DNA of 64,000 nt from Vicugna vicugna (taxonomy: Eukaryota), in NCBI GenBank assembly GCA_013265495.1, contig MU058844.1:9382184-9446183 (forward strand), written 5' to 3'. Positions 37,270-50,324 of this stretch are shown here, piece by piece. A program made the translations under genes and the position numbers. A model generated the notes under the pieces. It saw nothing but the letters and a program-made list of their open reading frames with translations, was not told where the DNA came from and made no database searches. Every line of letters begins with the position of its first letter. Position 1 is the stretch's first letter.

Positions 37270-38230
37270 TATATACTGTTTTGGTTGTTTATTGAAATGG
37301 TTGGGTTTTTTTTTCTGTAATACATTGATGATATAATGTCAATATATTTCCTGATATTAATATATCCTTAAATTTCTGTGGATAACTGTATGTGGTTATT
37401 AGTTTATTGTGATCAATCCCAAAAGTTTTTTTTTATTCTACATATTCATAAGCAGGTTTTCCTAAAGTGAGTGAGGGAGAGAGAGCTTTGCTATGTTTTG
37501 ACGTCAGAAGGATGTTAACTTCGAAAATGACAGAAAAATCCTTCTATTATTCTAACCTGTGGTATAGAATTAGTTGCATCTGCAATTAAGCCATTAAATG
37601 AAGAATTACTTAGTACATTTAATAAGTTATTTAATAAATTTAATATATTTTTATTTGTCCATGGTTTTTATTCAGAACTTTTTTTTTCTTGAGTCAATAT
37701 TGATTTTTCAAGTTACCTATTCCAACAATATTTTCAAATTTATTAGTGTGTCTATGAAAAGTAGTCTCTTAAAACTCATATCTCTTGTTTTATCTCCTGT
37801 TTTATGCCTAAATTTTTTTTTATCACATTTGTCAGAGTTTATACTCAATTTTATCACATCTCCTCCCACCCGCATTGTTCACACATGGAAAAATAAAGTA
37901 CAACAGCAATCACAATTTTTAAATTTATTTAAGAATTATGTTTCTCTCCTAATTTTTAAAAATTGCCATTTTTCTACTTTAATCCCATTTATCTTCATCC
38001 TCATGTTTCTGTAAACTATTTTCATCTTTTCTGTGTGCTTTACTTGAATAATTTATTGTCTTCTTTTTTTAACATGATGCCCCTTTTGAAGGATGTTACT
38101 TTACCTCTGAGTCTACATTTGGCTGTATCCCCCAAGTTCTCATTTTTCTTGTCTTTATATCTAAGTTTATTAATGTAGATGTAATTTTCTGTTTGAACAA
38201 ATAATTACTTTGGGAATTTTTTAATTAGAT
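37270..38230 (-). mobile_element. Highly degenerate L1M ORF2 fragment
   Basis: T-rich tract with L1-like motifs ('cctgatattaatatatccttaaatttctgtggataac', 'ttttcaaatttattagtg'). Confidence 0.45.
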
Positions 38231-39749
38231 TTTTTAAATTCTTATTCTGTGTAGGACTCTCTCCTGAAAGAGATTGTTTCCTATCAATGTCTGATACTTG
38301 CCAATCAGTACTTGCCATTCTTCCCTGACACCTCGCACTCAGCAGTTTCTCCTACAGATTATACAGGTCTCATATGCTTTTGTTATATGTACATATAGTT
38401 TCCAGAATTTCTATGCTTCCTAGTTTTGCAGAAAATATAGTTTGTGAGTCTCCCTCTTTCCCCCTCCATTCCGTTTGGTACTGTGTGTAGTTCCTTGGAG
38501 AGCAATGGGAAGATAAGTAACTAAGCCATTGTTACTTTTTTTGAAGACTGAATTTGTAAAATATTTATAGTGACTTAATAAATCTGCTGTGGCAGAAAGG
38601 ATGTCTTCTCTCCGCTGAAGTCTCTGCTCATTGAATATATGAATATACTTTTTATAGCATCTCATCACTACTAAAGTTAATGTTAAATTAAACTTTTTCA
38701 TCAACTAATCTAACCTTAATTAATGCTCAGGCATCCGGTGTCTACAAAGAATGTGTGATTAACATTTTAAAAGCTAAATTGAGTTTATACCTAGGGAATT
38801 ATACCAACAGTGGTAGCTGGAATTACAAGGTATTTTGTAGAATAATGATAAAAATAAAATGAATTCAGGAGAAAACAGTGAGCTGCCTATTTAAATGTCT
38901 TCAATACTTAGAAAACTAGGTAAATTGCTAGAATAACCTATTTTTTTCCTGGCCTTATTATTCATATGACCTACTGAACTTTTCTGTGACTTATTTTGTG
39001 AGTTTGATTTGATTGATTTGTATGTATGATGTGATCAAATCAACTTGTGTCTTAGAGTCTTTTAGCTTTTAAATATAAAATGCAAGACCATCTAGATTTT
39101 TTAAATTGAGGAAGCAAATTAATATTTGTTAATGTAATTTTTAAAACATCTCTCCATGAAAAAAGAATTATCAAGATCCTAATTTTCATGTTATTAGTAA
39201 TAGGTTCTAAATGATGATCTATATACAAGATCCACTTTTACTGAAGCTTCACGTAAGCTTTCTACGTGTAAACTTATTATTCATCACAATTGCATAGTCT
39301 CTTTTCCTGCTAACAAAATTTTCTCTAAAAATTCCAGTGGTAGATTTATATTAATGAGGACTAACCTCTCTCATAATATTAAACTGCATGTATATTTCAA
39401 AGTATCATATATCATTACTTTTAAAAGTTACTACCTTCTACTTGGTTAATTTCCAACACTGCATTTTGGTTACAATTTTGAACACAACATATTATGTATT
39501 TTTTAACACTTATTTCACAATTTTGATTAAACTCTTCTATTGTTACTTGATTAATAGTTTACAGGTGCTGTATGGAATCTACTTCTAAAAGTAAAGCGAA
39601 TACTCTTGTCAAAGGTGTTAGATCAGCACTGTGGTTACTGTATTAATAATTTCTATGATACCTAAATTAATGAATTTTTATGTAGTCCACCTCCAGCCAC
39701 ACACACCCATTTCCTTATAAATAACTTAGTTGTGGTATCTACAAAGTTT

Positions 39750-40058
39750 GATCTTTCTCTTCTTTCAGGTCTTAACTCAAATGTTATCTTCTTAACAAAG
39801 TCTTTTCCAGCCATCCCATTGAAAAATATACCTCCAATGTCCCCTAGTCTCTAAGTTGATTTATTTTGTTCCGTAGCATTTAGCATCCTCTGATATTTTA
39901 TATTTTACTTATTTGTTTGTTTATGGTCTGCGTTTCCTCTTTAGAATTCAAACTTTCTGATATTGGGAATGTTATGCACCCTATTCATGCTCTACTCGCT
40001 ACTACTAGAATAGTTCTTGGAATGTAGTAGGTTCTCAATAGATATTTGTTGAATAAAC
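39750..40058 (+). mobile_element. L2 (L2a-like) 3' end
   Basis: 'tctttcaggtcttaactcaaatgttatctt..tagcatttagcatcctctga..ctagaatagttcttggaatgtagtaggttctcaatagatatttgttgaataaa'. Confidence 0.9.
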
Positions 40059-41900
40059 AAAAAACAAAACCTAGAATAATATAGACATTATAGGAGAAGA
40101 TAAATAGAAAATGTCAGAGGTGTTAAAAAAGTAATATTTGACATAATCTTGAGATAGAAAATAAGAATAAAGTTCTTACTACTCTGGGTTCATGTTTACA
40201 GTAAAGGTGTTAAATTAGTAGTGAAATGATGAGCTGAGCATGTGCTGTGAGGAATCTAGTAGAAGCTAGAAAGCTGAATCACATATGCTTCTGTTTTTCC
40301 ATTTCCATTCAGAAGCTGGGTCTCATTCAGTCATCCTCATTGTGACTTGCTTCTCACTGTAAAGACTACTCTGCTTGAAAAATATAAGACAGCTCTGTCT
40401 CTATTGATTTTTTTCTTGTCTTCTGGCATACATGGTACTCTGGGAAACAAAGACCCCCAATATAGTTGATTCCTCTACTACTTAAGGCACTCCTCAGTGT
40501 CTAATGAAACAAAGTGTTCTATAACTGAGTAGGTAGGGGCATCAATACCAAAGCAGCTGGCATCATACCTCATTCTGGCACTAGTGCCTGATGCAGGAGG
40601 AAGAAAGTAGCAATATGCCAGGTGGAGATAAGTCACTTAGCTGGCTGATTGCATCAAACTGCTCCCAGTATAATCACCCGGTGCACATTTACCAAACTGT
40701 CATTTTAAATCATTATAAGGAAGTTGAATTAATTACCTAGTTATATGGTGTAATATTATGTGTTCGTTGTGTGCTCGTAGCAGGCACTTAATAAAAATGT
40801 TAACCTTTATATACGGAGGGAAGAAAATAGAACAAATAAAATCATAGCTGATTTTGCAGTAATGTTACACTTATCTTTACATTATCACTCTGAAATATTG
40901 TGCTAATCATGAACTCTGTTAGTTATCAATGAATGCTTTTGACTACCCTAAAATCTTTGCTAAGGCGGAGAAAATTAGGGAAAACAGACTGCAACCTGTA
41001 ACACTTAACACCTGAATTTCCTTGTGTCATTTTCCATTTAGAGGCAATCAAAATTAGATTACAACTCATTTTTTAAGTTTCCCTAGTTCTTCGTTGCTAT
41101 ATATCTGCCAGCCCCTTAATCACAATTCAGCTGTGCTCTGTCCTGCATGCATGCCTCTTGATTAAGAGGCTCTATTGGCTGGTTGTGATGAGGTTTTACA
41201 CAGTCCCTTGATCCCACAGAGCTTACTGTCCTGCTATTTTCACATTTCATTACATAGAGAAAATGAAACATGGGAAAGATTAGGGCATGGTATATACATC
41301 ATTTTTCTAACCTTTGAAACTGATGACATGACAAACAGCAATAAAAATGCATTTTAAATCCTAGTATAGTGACTTTCAAATTAATGTAAATGTTGAGTTC
41401 TGTGACTGTCTTTCCTCTTCCATCAAAAATAAATATTGAATACTACTACCTTGATACAATAATAAAAAAAATTAATGCTTTTTAAAAGCTGTTCTCAGCA
41501 CTAAATTATTTTTTTCTTAAAGACTTTAAAACTCTGACATCAGTATTACAATTATAAAGAGCTGATAAAGGCTTTTATCACTTCAAAATAATTCAGTCAG
41601 AGAGCCTCTAAAATTTTACTCCTGGCACAGAAAAACAAAACAAAGCACCAAACTATTAACACTGACTACCTTAGGAAGGATTATAACTTTTTAAAATTTG
41701 ACTTGTTAAAACCAGAAATATTATTTTTTTAATTTAAAATATTTGACACCATAAATTTGATCACAAAAAAATGATAAACTCTCACTTCAAAGAATTTAGT
41801 AAGCCCTTAGTTTTTATTGAAAGCATTTATAACAGTCCATAAATTTGTCATAAACAAGAAAATGCACTTATTCCACTGTATTTATTTTCTTGGTGTTTTT

Positions 41901-43555
41901 TTAGGGGACCATTGACTACTTTATCCTACTGCCCATTATCCCACCATGCATCATCCTAGTGCGCATCTTATTTAGGAAGAACTCCCGTGACTGATTTAAG
42001 TGATAAGAGAGTTCTGTCTTCTGCTACAGAAACTGAAGGATCCAGATACCACCTCTCCCTGATCCCTTAAAGCACTGGCTCCTGATGCTGAACCAGTGAA
42101 ATTCTTTAGCTTTGATATTGAAATCTGCAAAGATGCAGGTGCATTTGAAGACATTAGCATAGCAGTGTCACGAGGCTTGCAGAGGTGCCAAGAGAGGTAT
42201 TCTTAGCAGGAACTGGACTGTGTTCCCTGAATCCTAATCTGATTCTCCAGATTTTTTACTGAAGGGTTTTGTGTGTGTGTGTGTGTTTGAGTGTGTGTTT
42301 TACTAATCGTTATTCACTCAGGAAAATAATTTCTCCTTAAGTTCTTCAGAGTTGGTGTTGTTGCTTATGATAACAACTCTGGTTAAGACATTGGTATTTG
42401 GGAGTAGATTGTAGATAGCAGATGCTTAGTGAAGTGAGGATTCTTGGGTTACCTTTGGCCTAAAACTGAAGGGGAATGAAAATATCCTTTTCTAATCATA
42501 GGTGAAAAATCTGGCAATGAGGTTACATAAGGTGTAAAGGATTCAAGACTGTAGGGTGGAGTGGCTACTTATACTGGAAAGCTTACAGAGAGAGAAAGAA
42601 GATAAACCCTGTGTTGTCCGTTTGGTAGCCACTAGCCCCATACCTCTAAATAAACCCTGGATACTTGATGACTTAGTGCTTTGGAACAAAACAGTGTAAA
42701 ATATCTCATTGCTAATTTGTATACTGTCTATATGTAGAAATGATAATATTTTAGGTACATTGGATTAAATAAATTAATTAATTTCATGTGTTTACTTTTT
42801 ATAATGTGACTTCTAGAAAATTTAAAATTATAGAAGACTAGCATTTCTGGTTCACAATTTATGACATTGGTTGAGAGAGAGTGAGGAGACAACAGGGATG
42901 GTTATAGGGGTGAAATTCTTAGGGTCTGAAAATATACCCTCATTGTCCAATCCCATTAACCAGATAAAGAAATTCCCTTCCATTTACTTAAAGCACTGTA
43001 ACTCCCTTGCATGAGACTGGTATGTAGACAATTAAGCTGATTTCCTTCATATACAGTGGTCCATCCTTCAAGGTCTCCAGGCTTCCTCTAGGGCCACATA
43101 TCAGCATGTATCTTACAGGCTCAGTGTTTCAGAACTCTGATACGTATGTGTATAAATGTGTGGGAACATGAGTGAAAATAGAGTCCAAGGGTGTGCCACA
43201 AAAGAGGGAGTAATATAATCTGAAATCGGGCCGAAGGTATGAATATGAGCACACCTCTCAGAGAGTCTTGACTCAGTGTGTTGTCTTAATCAGCTGACAT
43301 TATTGGCTGATTATTGGCTTCCTTAGAATGACTTGTGACTAGTTACCCATATAACTTGTCCAGACCTTTCAGGGACTTGGTGCACTGACCCAAGTTAATT
43401 CCCAGTATCCCAGACTGCCATTGCAATCTGCCAGTAAGAATAAGAGTTTATTACAGTCAGAGGGTTGGTGGAGTTCTGACCAAAGTCTGCCTCTTGACTG
43501 GCCCAATGAAAGCCAAATTCATAGTGGTTTTATTTTGTAATTCCTGAAATTACCT
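41901..43555 (+). mobile_element. ERVL-class provirus 5' half: LTR16-like LTR (41901-42390), PBS-like 'ttggtatttgggagt', degenerate gag and protease
   Basis: The LTR ends 'gttggtgttgttgctta..ctggttaagaca'. 43160-43290 resembles ERVL gag (WILRVWD..DQAEFIDMG..RDS). ~43395-43545 translates LIPSIPDCHCNLPVRIRVYYSQRVGGVLTKVCLLTGP, against ERVL protease LIPGDPKRHCGPPV.VGAYGGQVINGVLAQV.LTVGP. Confidence 0.75.
42605..42875. mobile_element. MER3/MER33-like hAT-Charlie MITE nested in the ERVL
   Basis: 'gtgttgtcc..tggtagccactagcc..aaatgataatattttaggtacattggattaaataaa..tttactttttataatgtgacttctagaaaatttaaaatta'. Confidence 0.8.
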
Positions 43556-44954
43556 GTAAATCTCATTTCTGCTGAATTTAACCAGAGTCACAACAGAGGG
43601 TGCTTACTGGCTGATTTAGATTTGTGAAATATAGTAATGTCTTTCACTGATTGGAAAGGGTACTAATGTTTATAAGAATACTCCCACTTTTAATTTCATC
43701 TTTGAAACTAAATAACTGTGGGTTTGAGCATCTACCTTCTTCACTTGTAAAATTAGAATATTTCACTATTGTTTGGCTTGCTTCCTAATCTAAAATTCCT
43801 GATTCTTTACATCATAACAAATCTATATGTTAGTCTCTCCAAAATACATTTACTTTTAACCCAGTGGTTTGACAGCTCACACCCCAAATATTCACATGTC
43901 AATAGAATTAGAATTATTGTCAAAGCCTGCTCTAAACCTGAGGTTTTTTATTTTTCTGCTTAATTGCATATATATTCACCAAAGTTCTAAAACATAAAAC
44001 TACATTCACCAGTTTATCTCTTGAAAAAGTTGTTTCTCCCTATTTATTTTTAACCATGTGATTAAAGCCTTTGATTTTAAATGTACAACAGGTACAACAA
44101 ACCAACTTCTTTAGTCTACAATAAAACAATCTCCAGGGCAAAGAGGAAGACAAATATAAACAGAATAATTTTACAAATATATCACAGCAATTGTGGTAAG
44201 TGCCACAAAGGCTAATAGGGTGGCTTTGAGATTACATAATGAAGCACCTGACAGATACCTGCTTCTGAAAGAGGCAATGTATATTTCAGAGACATGCTAA
44301 AGGTGAAATCTGCATCGCTCTAAGGCTGGCAGCTGACGGAGTACAGAGCTTCTCCAGCTGATGTTTAAAGCAGACCAAACTGAAGCTCAGGGTAATGTGT
44401 GGGGTGCCAGTCTGCTGACATCAAAACGCTTTGTTAATCCCTGTTTCCTCTTGGAGTTCTGGAGCCTGAAACCTCAAAGGGCTTAGATCCAGGTTTCCTC
44501 CCCTCACCAGTCCCAAATAGGTGTTTATATCACTTGAGAAACGTAGGAATGAAAAGGCAGATGCCTTCTGGTTGCTTCAAACATTGAGATATCTGCAAAA
44601 CTCTCCCTTATATGTGTGCAGCCTCTCCTTCTGGTTACTTTCACTTCCTTTTAAACTAAAAGGATGAAAGTTCCTACCTACAGGAAATAAATCCAGAATT
44701 TTCCTTAAGAAGCAGAGTGCCATAAAAATCCACTATCCACAAAGCAGAAAGTAGATTCTCTTTTAGGCTAGTGTCCTCGTTTTCTTTGCCACTTTCGTTT
44801 AATTTAGGTTCTTGGGCCTGAGTTTATTTTCACAGAGGTATTTATAGGGAGAAGAAGGAAAGACAGAGAAGTTTAAATTTGAATTTCTCCAATGCCTTCA
44901 ATCTAAGGGACATGAATGTATTTCCTTCATAGTGACAGCTTCCTAAACGTAACA

Positions 44955-45170
44955 GCTGGGTTAAGCGCCAGGCTCTGGAGAGAGTAGGCTCAGTTATTAC
45001 TTATATTGTCACCTACATGGGAAAACCACTCAATCACCTAGGCCTCGACTTTCCAGTCCGTAAAATGTGAGCAATAGTAAGATTGGATAAAATATATTTC
45101 TGAAGTATTTGGCACAGTGCCTGGGCAATATCGGTCAATGAGCATTAGCTATTAACATAGCCACCATTAT
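44955..45170 (+). mobile_element. MIR SINE
   Basis: 'ggttaagcgccaggctctggag..tccgtaaaatg..ttggcacagtgcctgg..cattagctatta'. Confidence 0.75.
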
Positions 45171-45396
45171 TATTTTTTACAAACAGCCAATACCAGAAGA
45201 GTGGTGGAAGTGGGGGGAGAGGGGGAAGGGGAGGCACAGAAAGACAGACAGAGACAGAAACATAGTCACGTTACAGAGGCAACCTCTGAAAACATTTTAA
45301 TTTACATAAAACCTATGTTCACCCACATTATACATTTTAATCACGTTCATTGACTATGCATCTTTGGACTGACCTTTATTTATTTATTGCATTACA

Positions 45397-45650
45397 AAGC
45401 AGCATATTGCAATATTTAAAAGTAAGGTCTTTGGAGTCACGATACTTGGATATAAATGCAGTGTCTACCATGTGCAAGCTCTGCAATGTCAGACAAGTTG
45501 CCTCTCCCCAAGCCTGTTATTACATCCTTAATACAAGAGTGAGAATAGTGCCTACCTCATAGGGTTGTGAGGATTGAATGAGATAACATATGTAAAGTTC
45601 TCAGAACACAGCCCAACACAAGTTAAACACTTAAGAAATGTTAATGCAAT
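45397..45650 (+). mobile_element. MIR SINE
   Basis: 'gtctttggagtca..aatagtgcctacctcatagggttgtgaggattgaatgagataacatatgtaaag..cagaaca'. Confidence 0.9.
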
Positions 45651-45857
45651 ATAATTATATTATAGGATATCATAGATTTTTGATGTTCTTCCCCAAGAAT
45701 CAGTAGTGTCCTCTCATGGCTTATCCTATAAAGCCTGTTTAAGGATTTTGCTCAGTGTCGCAAGAGCTCATCTATCAAATTTTCATTCAAAAGTTTAGGC
45801 TAAAACATGCAGTGTTGCCAAATCTCAGATTTTTAGGATTGATTTAAGCAATTCCAT

Positions 45858-48800
45858 GGTATTAGTCAGGATTCAATTATAAAAAATAAAGAAACCACTC
45901 TGATATTTCAAACAGGAAGACATTTAATACAGTGAACTAGTGACTTAAGAGTACACAGGAGGTGCTGGAGAAGCAGTGACCGTGGAAAGAGCTCACTGTT
46001 ACTCACTATTACTGAGTTGTAACACCAGCCTTGAGAGGATTAGGAAGTGCAGGAATCACAGGAAAGTTCCACCACTGATCTCAGCTCACCACTACACTCG
46101 ATGACCAACTTTCAGGGGATCCAAATGAGCTGCAAAGAAACACATCTGTTGAAGCCCATGAGGTCTCCTCTCTGGACAAAGAATAATGATATCTGCTTCT
46201 CTTTGATCTTTCAAACTTTGTGGCCTTTGTTTGGTGGACTCTAATCCCAGAAACCTACTGGCAAGAGATTCTAGGAAATGTGTTCCCTGGACTTGCAGTT
46301 CCTGGACTGTGTGATATGAGGACAGAAAGGGAAATAAACAAGGGTTCAGGCTGGTTGGTCTCAAAGAAAATAATAGGCAACCTAGTCATTCCTTTGACAG
46401 TTCAGCATTCACATAGAACCTTCTACCTAAATTCCAATTTAAAAATAACACTCTTAAATCTAATGTATTCCAATTACTTCTTATTCAAATAAATAAGTGC
46501 CCTCACTCTCTCCCTATAAAGGCAAGATCCCAAATTCCATCAGTTACTTTATCCAAATTAGGGTGATATACTTAATCTTTCTACTTGGGTCACAATCCCT
46601 TTTGAGCAAACATTAACCTAAACAATAAATTATAAAGTTAACCACCACCAAATTACTTTGTATAAAATAGGAGAAGGAAAAATAATGTAGGTTAATATAC
46701 ATAAATATGTTCATAAGAAATCAAGGAAGAAACTATATCTGGGCACTATAGTGATGTCTGCACCTGGATGTGAATCAGTAGTTGATATTAAAACTTCCTT
46801 TTTTCTGGTAACTCTTCTGTGTTCTTTTTGTCCTCAGCTGTTTGTGGTTCTTTACCTGCTGGAATGCCCTTGGTTTCAGTGGTTCCACCTGCATTTGGTG
46901 GCTACAGTCCTCCATTAACTTCTCCCACCACAGATGGAAGCAGTGAGCGTTTCCCAGAGAATCCCTTCTGTTTCACAGGCCACTCCATTGTGTATCAGAG
47001 GCCTTGTTTTCATTAGTAATGAGAACCATTCACCCCAGACTTTTCAGTACATGCTTTCTTTGTCTGTTGGCTCATTGGCCATCTCAACTTCTGGTTTTAG
47101 AGAAATTTTGTTTGGTCCCATGGTAGGCATATTCCTTCCTTGAAATCAGGGAGCCCAAAGTTGTTAGGATAGGAATTGAGACAACAATAGTAAGGAGATG
47201 AATCACTCCCCCTATTCCCTTAATTCCAGACCCATGTGTTCTGATTGTACTTTTAGGTGACTGGGTGACAGTGCATCCCAGGGTATCAGTTTATTGCCTC
47301 ACTTACTGCATGGGAAAAAATTGGGGGGATTCTATGACAGTGAGTAAGGCATTCTGTGAGTCCAAGGTGGATGCTTCTGGGAAAAGATTATGGGACTGGG
47401 AAGGAATATCCATGTACATAGTATCTATTTCACAGAGCTCAAATTGCTACCCTTCATAAGATATAAAAATTTAGTGTATCAGTTTGCCACCAGCTGACCG
47501 GCTGGTCCTAGGGAACAGTGCCATGCTGGGGACTCAGCTTTCATTGCAAGTGTTGACAGACTGGGTATGTAGCAATAGTGTTCACTGGCCAGATTAGCCG
47601 TGGTGAAGATACGCCCATGTGGCTTAAGTTTTGTACAACTTCCATCTAAACAACCTTCGACTCTTTGTTCTTGAATTCATTGAGCAAACACTGGAGTGGC
47701 TGTTGAAAGAGACTGATTAACATCCACAAGTCAGGTCATCTTCCCTACTGGATTATTGAGAGTCTCTGCAGTGTATGCCCCATGATGAGGCAGTATACAT
47801 ATGAGATACAAGTATCCTGACACTCAGTAATTACCTAAAAGATCCTCTTCTGTTGCTCTCCCATTGACCTCCTCCTCTGACTTCCTTGTTACTAATGCTC
47901 CAAATCTCTTCCGTGTTCATCAGTATTCAGTAAATCCACTGAAACCATCTATTAATGGGTATATACAGACTTAGTTCAACTTACGATTTTTCAGCTTTAC
48001 AGTGATGCAAAAGCTGTACACATTCAGTGAAAGCTGTACTTCAAGTTTTAGATTTTGATCTTTTCCTGGGCTAGTGATGTGCTGTATGATACCCTCTTGT
48101 GATTCTGGGCAGCAGTGGTGAGCCTCAGCTCCTGGCCAGCCACACGAGGTTAAACTACTAATACATCCACAACCATTCTGTTTGCCACTTTTACCACAAT
48201 ATTCAAAAATTACATGAGGTATTCAACACTTTGTTGTAAAATAGGCTGTGTGTTGGATGATTTGCCTGTAGGCTAGTGTAAGTGTTCTGAGCACGTTTAA
48301 GGTAGGCTCGGCTAAGTTATGATGTTCAGTAGATTAGGGGTTTAAATGTATTTTCAGCTTAGAATATTTTCAACTTACAATGGGTTTATCGTAAGTCGAG
48401 GAAGATCTTTATCCATATATCTTGTCATCTTCATGACCAGCAAAGTAAAACACTAAATGCCCTGCTCAAGGTCCTGCGCATTAGGAAGATTTCCCACTGT
48501 CTTCCAGGACCCTGACTGATTGGAGTTGTTATGTTATATTGTGTACTTCTAACTGGTTGCAAATCTGTTTTCACGTGTAAGCCACTCCTGAAAGTTTCCT
48601 TTCTTATTCATTTGGCTATAAGAAACTCCCCATGAAGTTGCAATGCACATTAAGGGAGAGGTGGCAATGGTGTTGCCTGCAGAATCTAAAGTTGTTTGTT
48701 TTGTTTTGTTTTTTTTCTCTATTGCAGGGGGTGGGGTGTAAGGTGTAGTAATCTATCTTTTACTCTGGAGGGAATATGTCAACATGACCTAGGCCACTGG

Positions 48801-48930
48801 CACTTTGGAAACTTCACTGAGATAGCAGGCCCCAAAATAATTATACAGCTTACTCACCAACTTCTGGCACATTGTGTGTCATGCCAAGGCATCTGAGGTA
48901 TTTGTTGATTCTTGACAACTGGATCTAAAG
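45858..48930 (-). mobile_element. ERVL-class provirus 3' half: LTR33-like 3' LTR (45858-~46385), then degenerate integrase, RNase H and RT
   Basis: LTR start 'gtattagtcaggattc..aaagaaaccactct'. Minus-strand remnants are ..LNNPVGKMT*LVDVNQSLSTATPVFAQ.. and ..LSPQHGTVP*DQPVSWWQ.. (47480-47820), an RNase H SSQWAEL-like segment (~48470-48500), and RT GPAISVKF..VPV..DIPSRVKDRLLHL (48735-48835). Confidence 0.85.
47966..48409 (-). mobile_element. MER47/Tigger5 TcMar DNA transposon nested in ERVL pol
   Basis: TIR-like ends 'cagacttagttcaacttacgat' and 'atcgtaagtcgaggaagatct', TA on both flanks, and internal 'tgtaagtgttctgagcacgtttaaggtaggct..gctaag..atgatgttc'. Confidence 0.85.
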
Positions 48931-50324
48931 AGGATATTTTCAGTGTGCAAAACCCCAAACCCTATGAGTTGAAGAGGTGTTTAAGAGTCCTGTAGAGAAT
49001 TCCTGTGGTGAGGCAGAAAATTAAAATAACCCTGGTAGGTGAAATAAAACTGCTACTAGTAATATTTTTTGTGGGTTTCACTTCAAAGAGAGACTAAAAG
49101 TTTTTCATTTATGTGAGTGACTGCTTTAGGAAGATTCAAACTTGGTTGAAAAGAAAAATATTTTCATATCTTATAAGCAGATTTATGAAATAAAGCTGAT
49201 GAATCAAAGTGATATCCAAAAATAAGAGTGTTATGTAAAAAGAATAAGTAATCATGTAAAATGTCAAGAAGTGGCAAAGTGGGATCGTAGGATAGAAGTT
49301 AGAAATTAAAAATGAATTTTAGTGAGCTAATGAATATGAGACCTAAGTACAGATACGGTAAAGAAAAATAAAACAATGATTGCAAAGAATGCTAGGTTGA
49401 TCTACTCATAAGTGACTCTGTCCACTGTAAGTATTTCTCTTGTTAAATTAGTAACTATGAAAGAAAAATATCCACAGTGGTGAAAGCATATATGACTGGT
49501 ATAGAAGAAAAACAACATTTTGCTGCAGTGCTGATGCCAGAAAAAACATAGATTCTATCTGAAATTTAATTGTGCCCAATGTTCATCTTTATGTAGATAT
49601 TTAAAACTCAAATATGCTGATTCATTATTTTCATTTTCGTAGTTGCCATTCTTCTGAAAAAAATTTAAGTATTTCTCTTGAATAATTTAGTATTGTTCTC
49701 TCCTAGTAAGGTTAGTCACCTTCATGCTACTGCTGTAAATTAGAATGATATTGCTGGTTCTAGAAATAGCTTGCTTTGCTTCAGCTCAAACATTAATAAA
49801 TACAAAAACATGTATTTCCCCCCAAATTTCTTCTAGTTTAACATTATTTAATAACTCTTTTAGTATTTTAACTTTCACATTTTACGACCTTTGTTTTTTG
49901 GTAATGTACATTTAACAGATTTTTTTTAAAAATTGGAATATATGTCTAGATTCTTCAGTTTTACTAAGTCTTAAATTGTCAGCATTCCACATTCTTAATA
50001 TTGCAGTGCTGTAAGGGATTGAGAAAGAAGCATCATTAAAAGTTTGTGTTAGGCATCCATGTAGCAGGATTAACGTCATGTTGACTCCAGTATGAAGCAT
50101 AAATGCTCTCATCTGGTAACTTATAATCTAATTTACAAAACATTCTGAATCTCTCCTCATTTTATACATCTGTGAATAAAATGATTTTAATTTCATTTCG
50201 TTGTTTTATAGCTTGTTTTGTATTTTATAACTTACAATTCTAAGTATTTGTCAGCGTAAGAGGTTAAATGGCTAGCATTCTGTTCTTAGATTTGTTTTGT
50301 TTTATTTTCAGATCTCAGCTCTAT

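Noticed and set aside
37598..38014. 138-aa hydrophobic ORF
   Set aside because: T-rich antisense L1-like sequence gives F/L/I-rich chance frames.
40340..40700. Possible old DNA-transposon or LTR remnant
   Set aside because: It looks repeat-like, but I cannot assign a family or termini.
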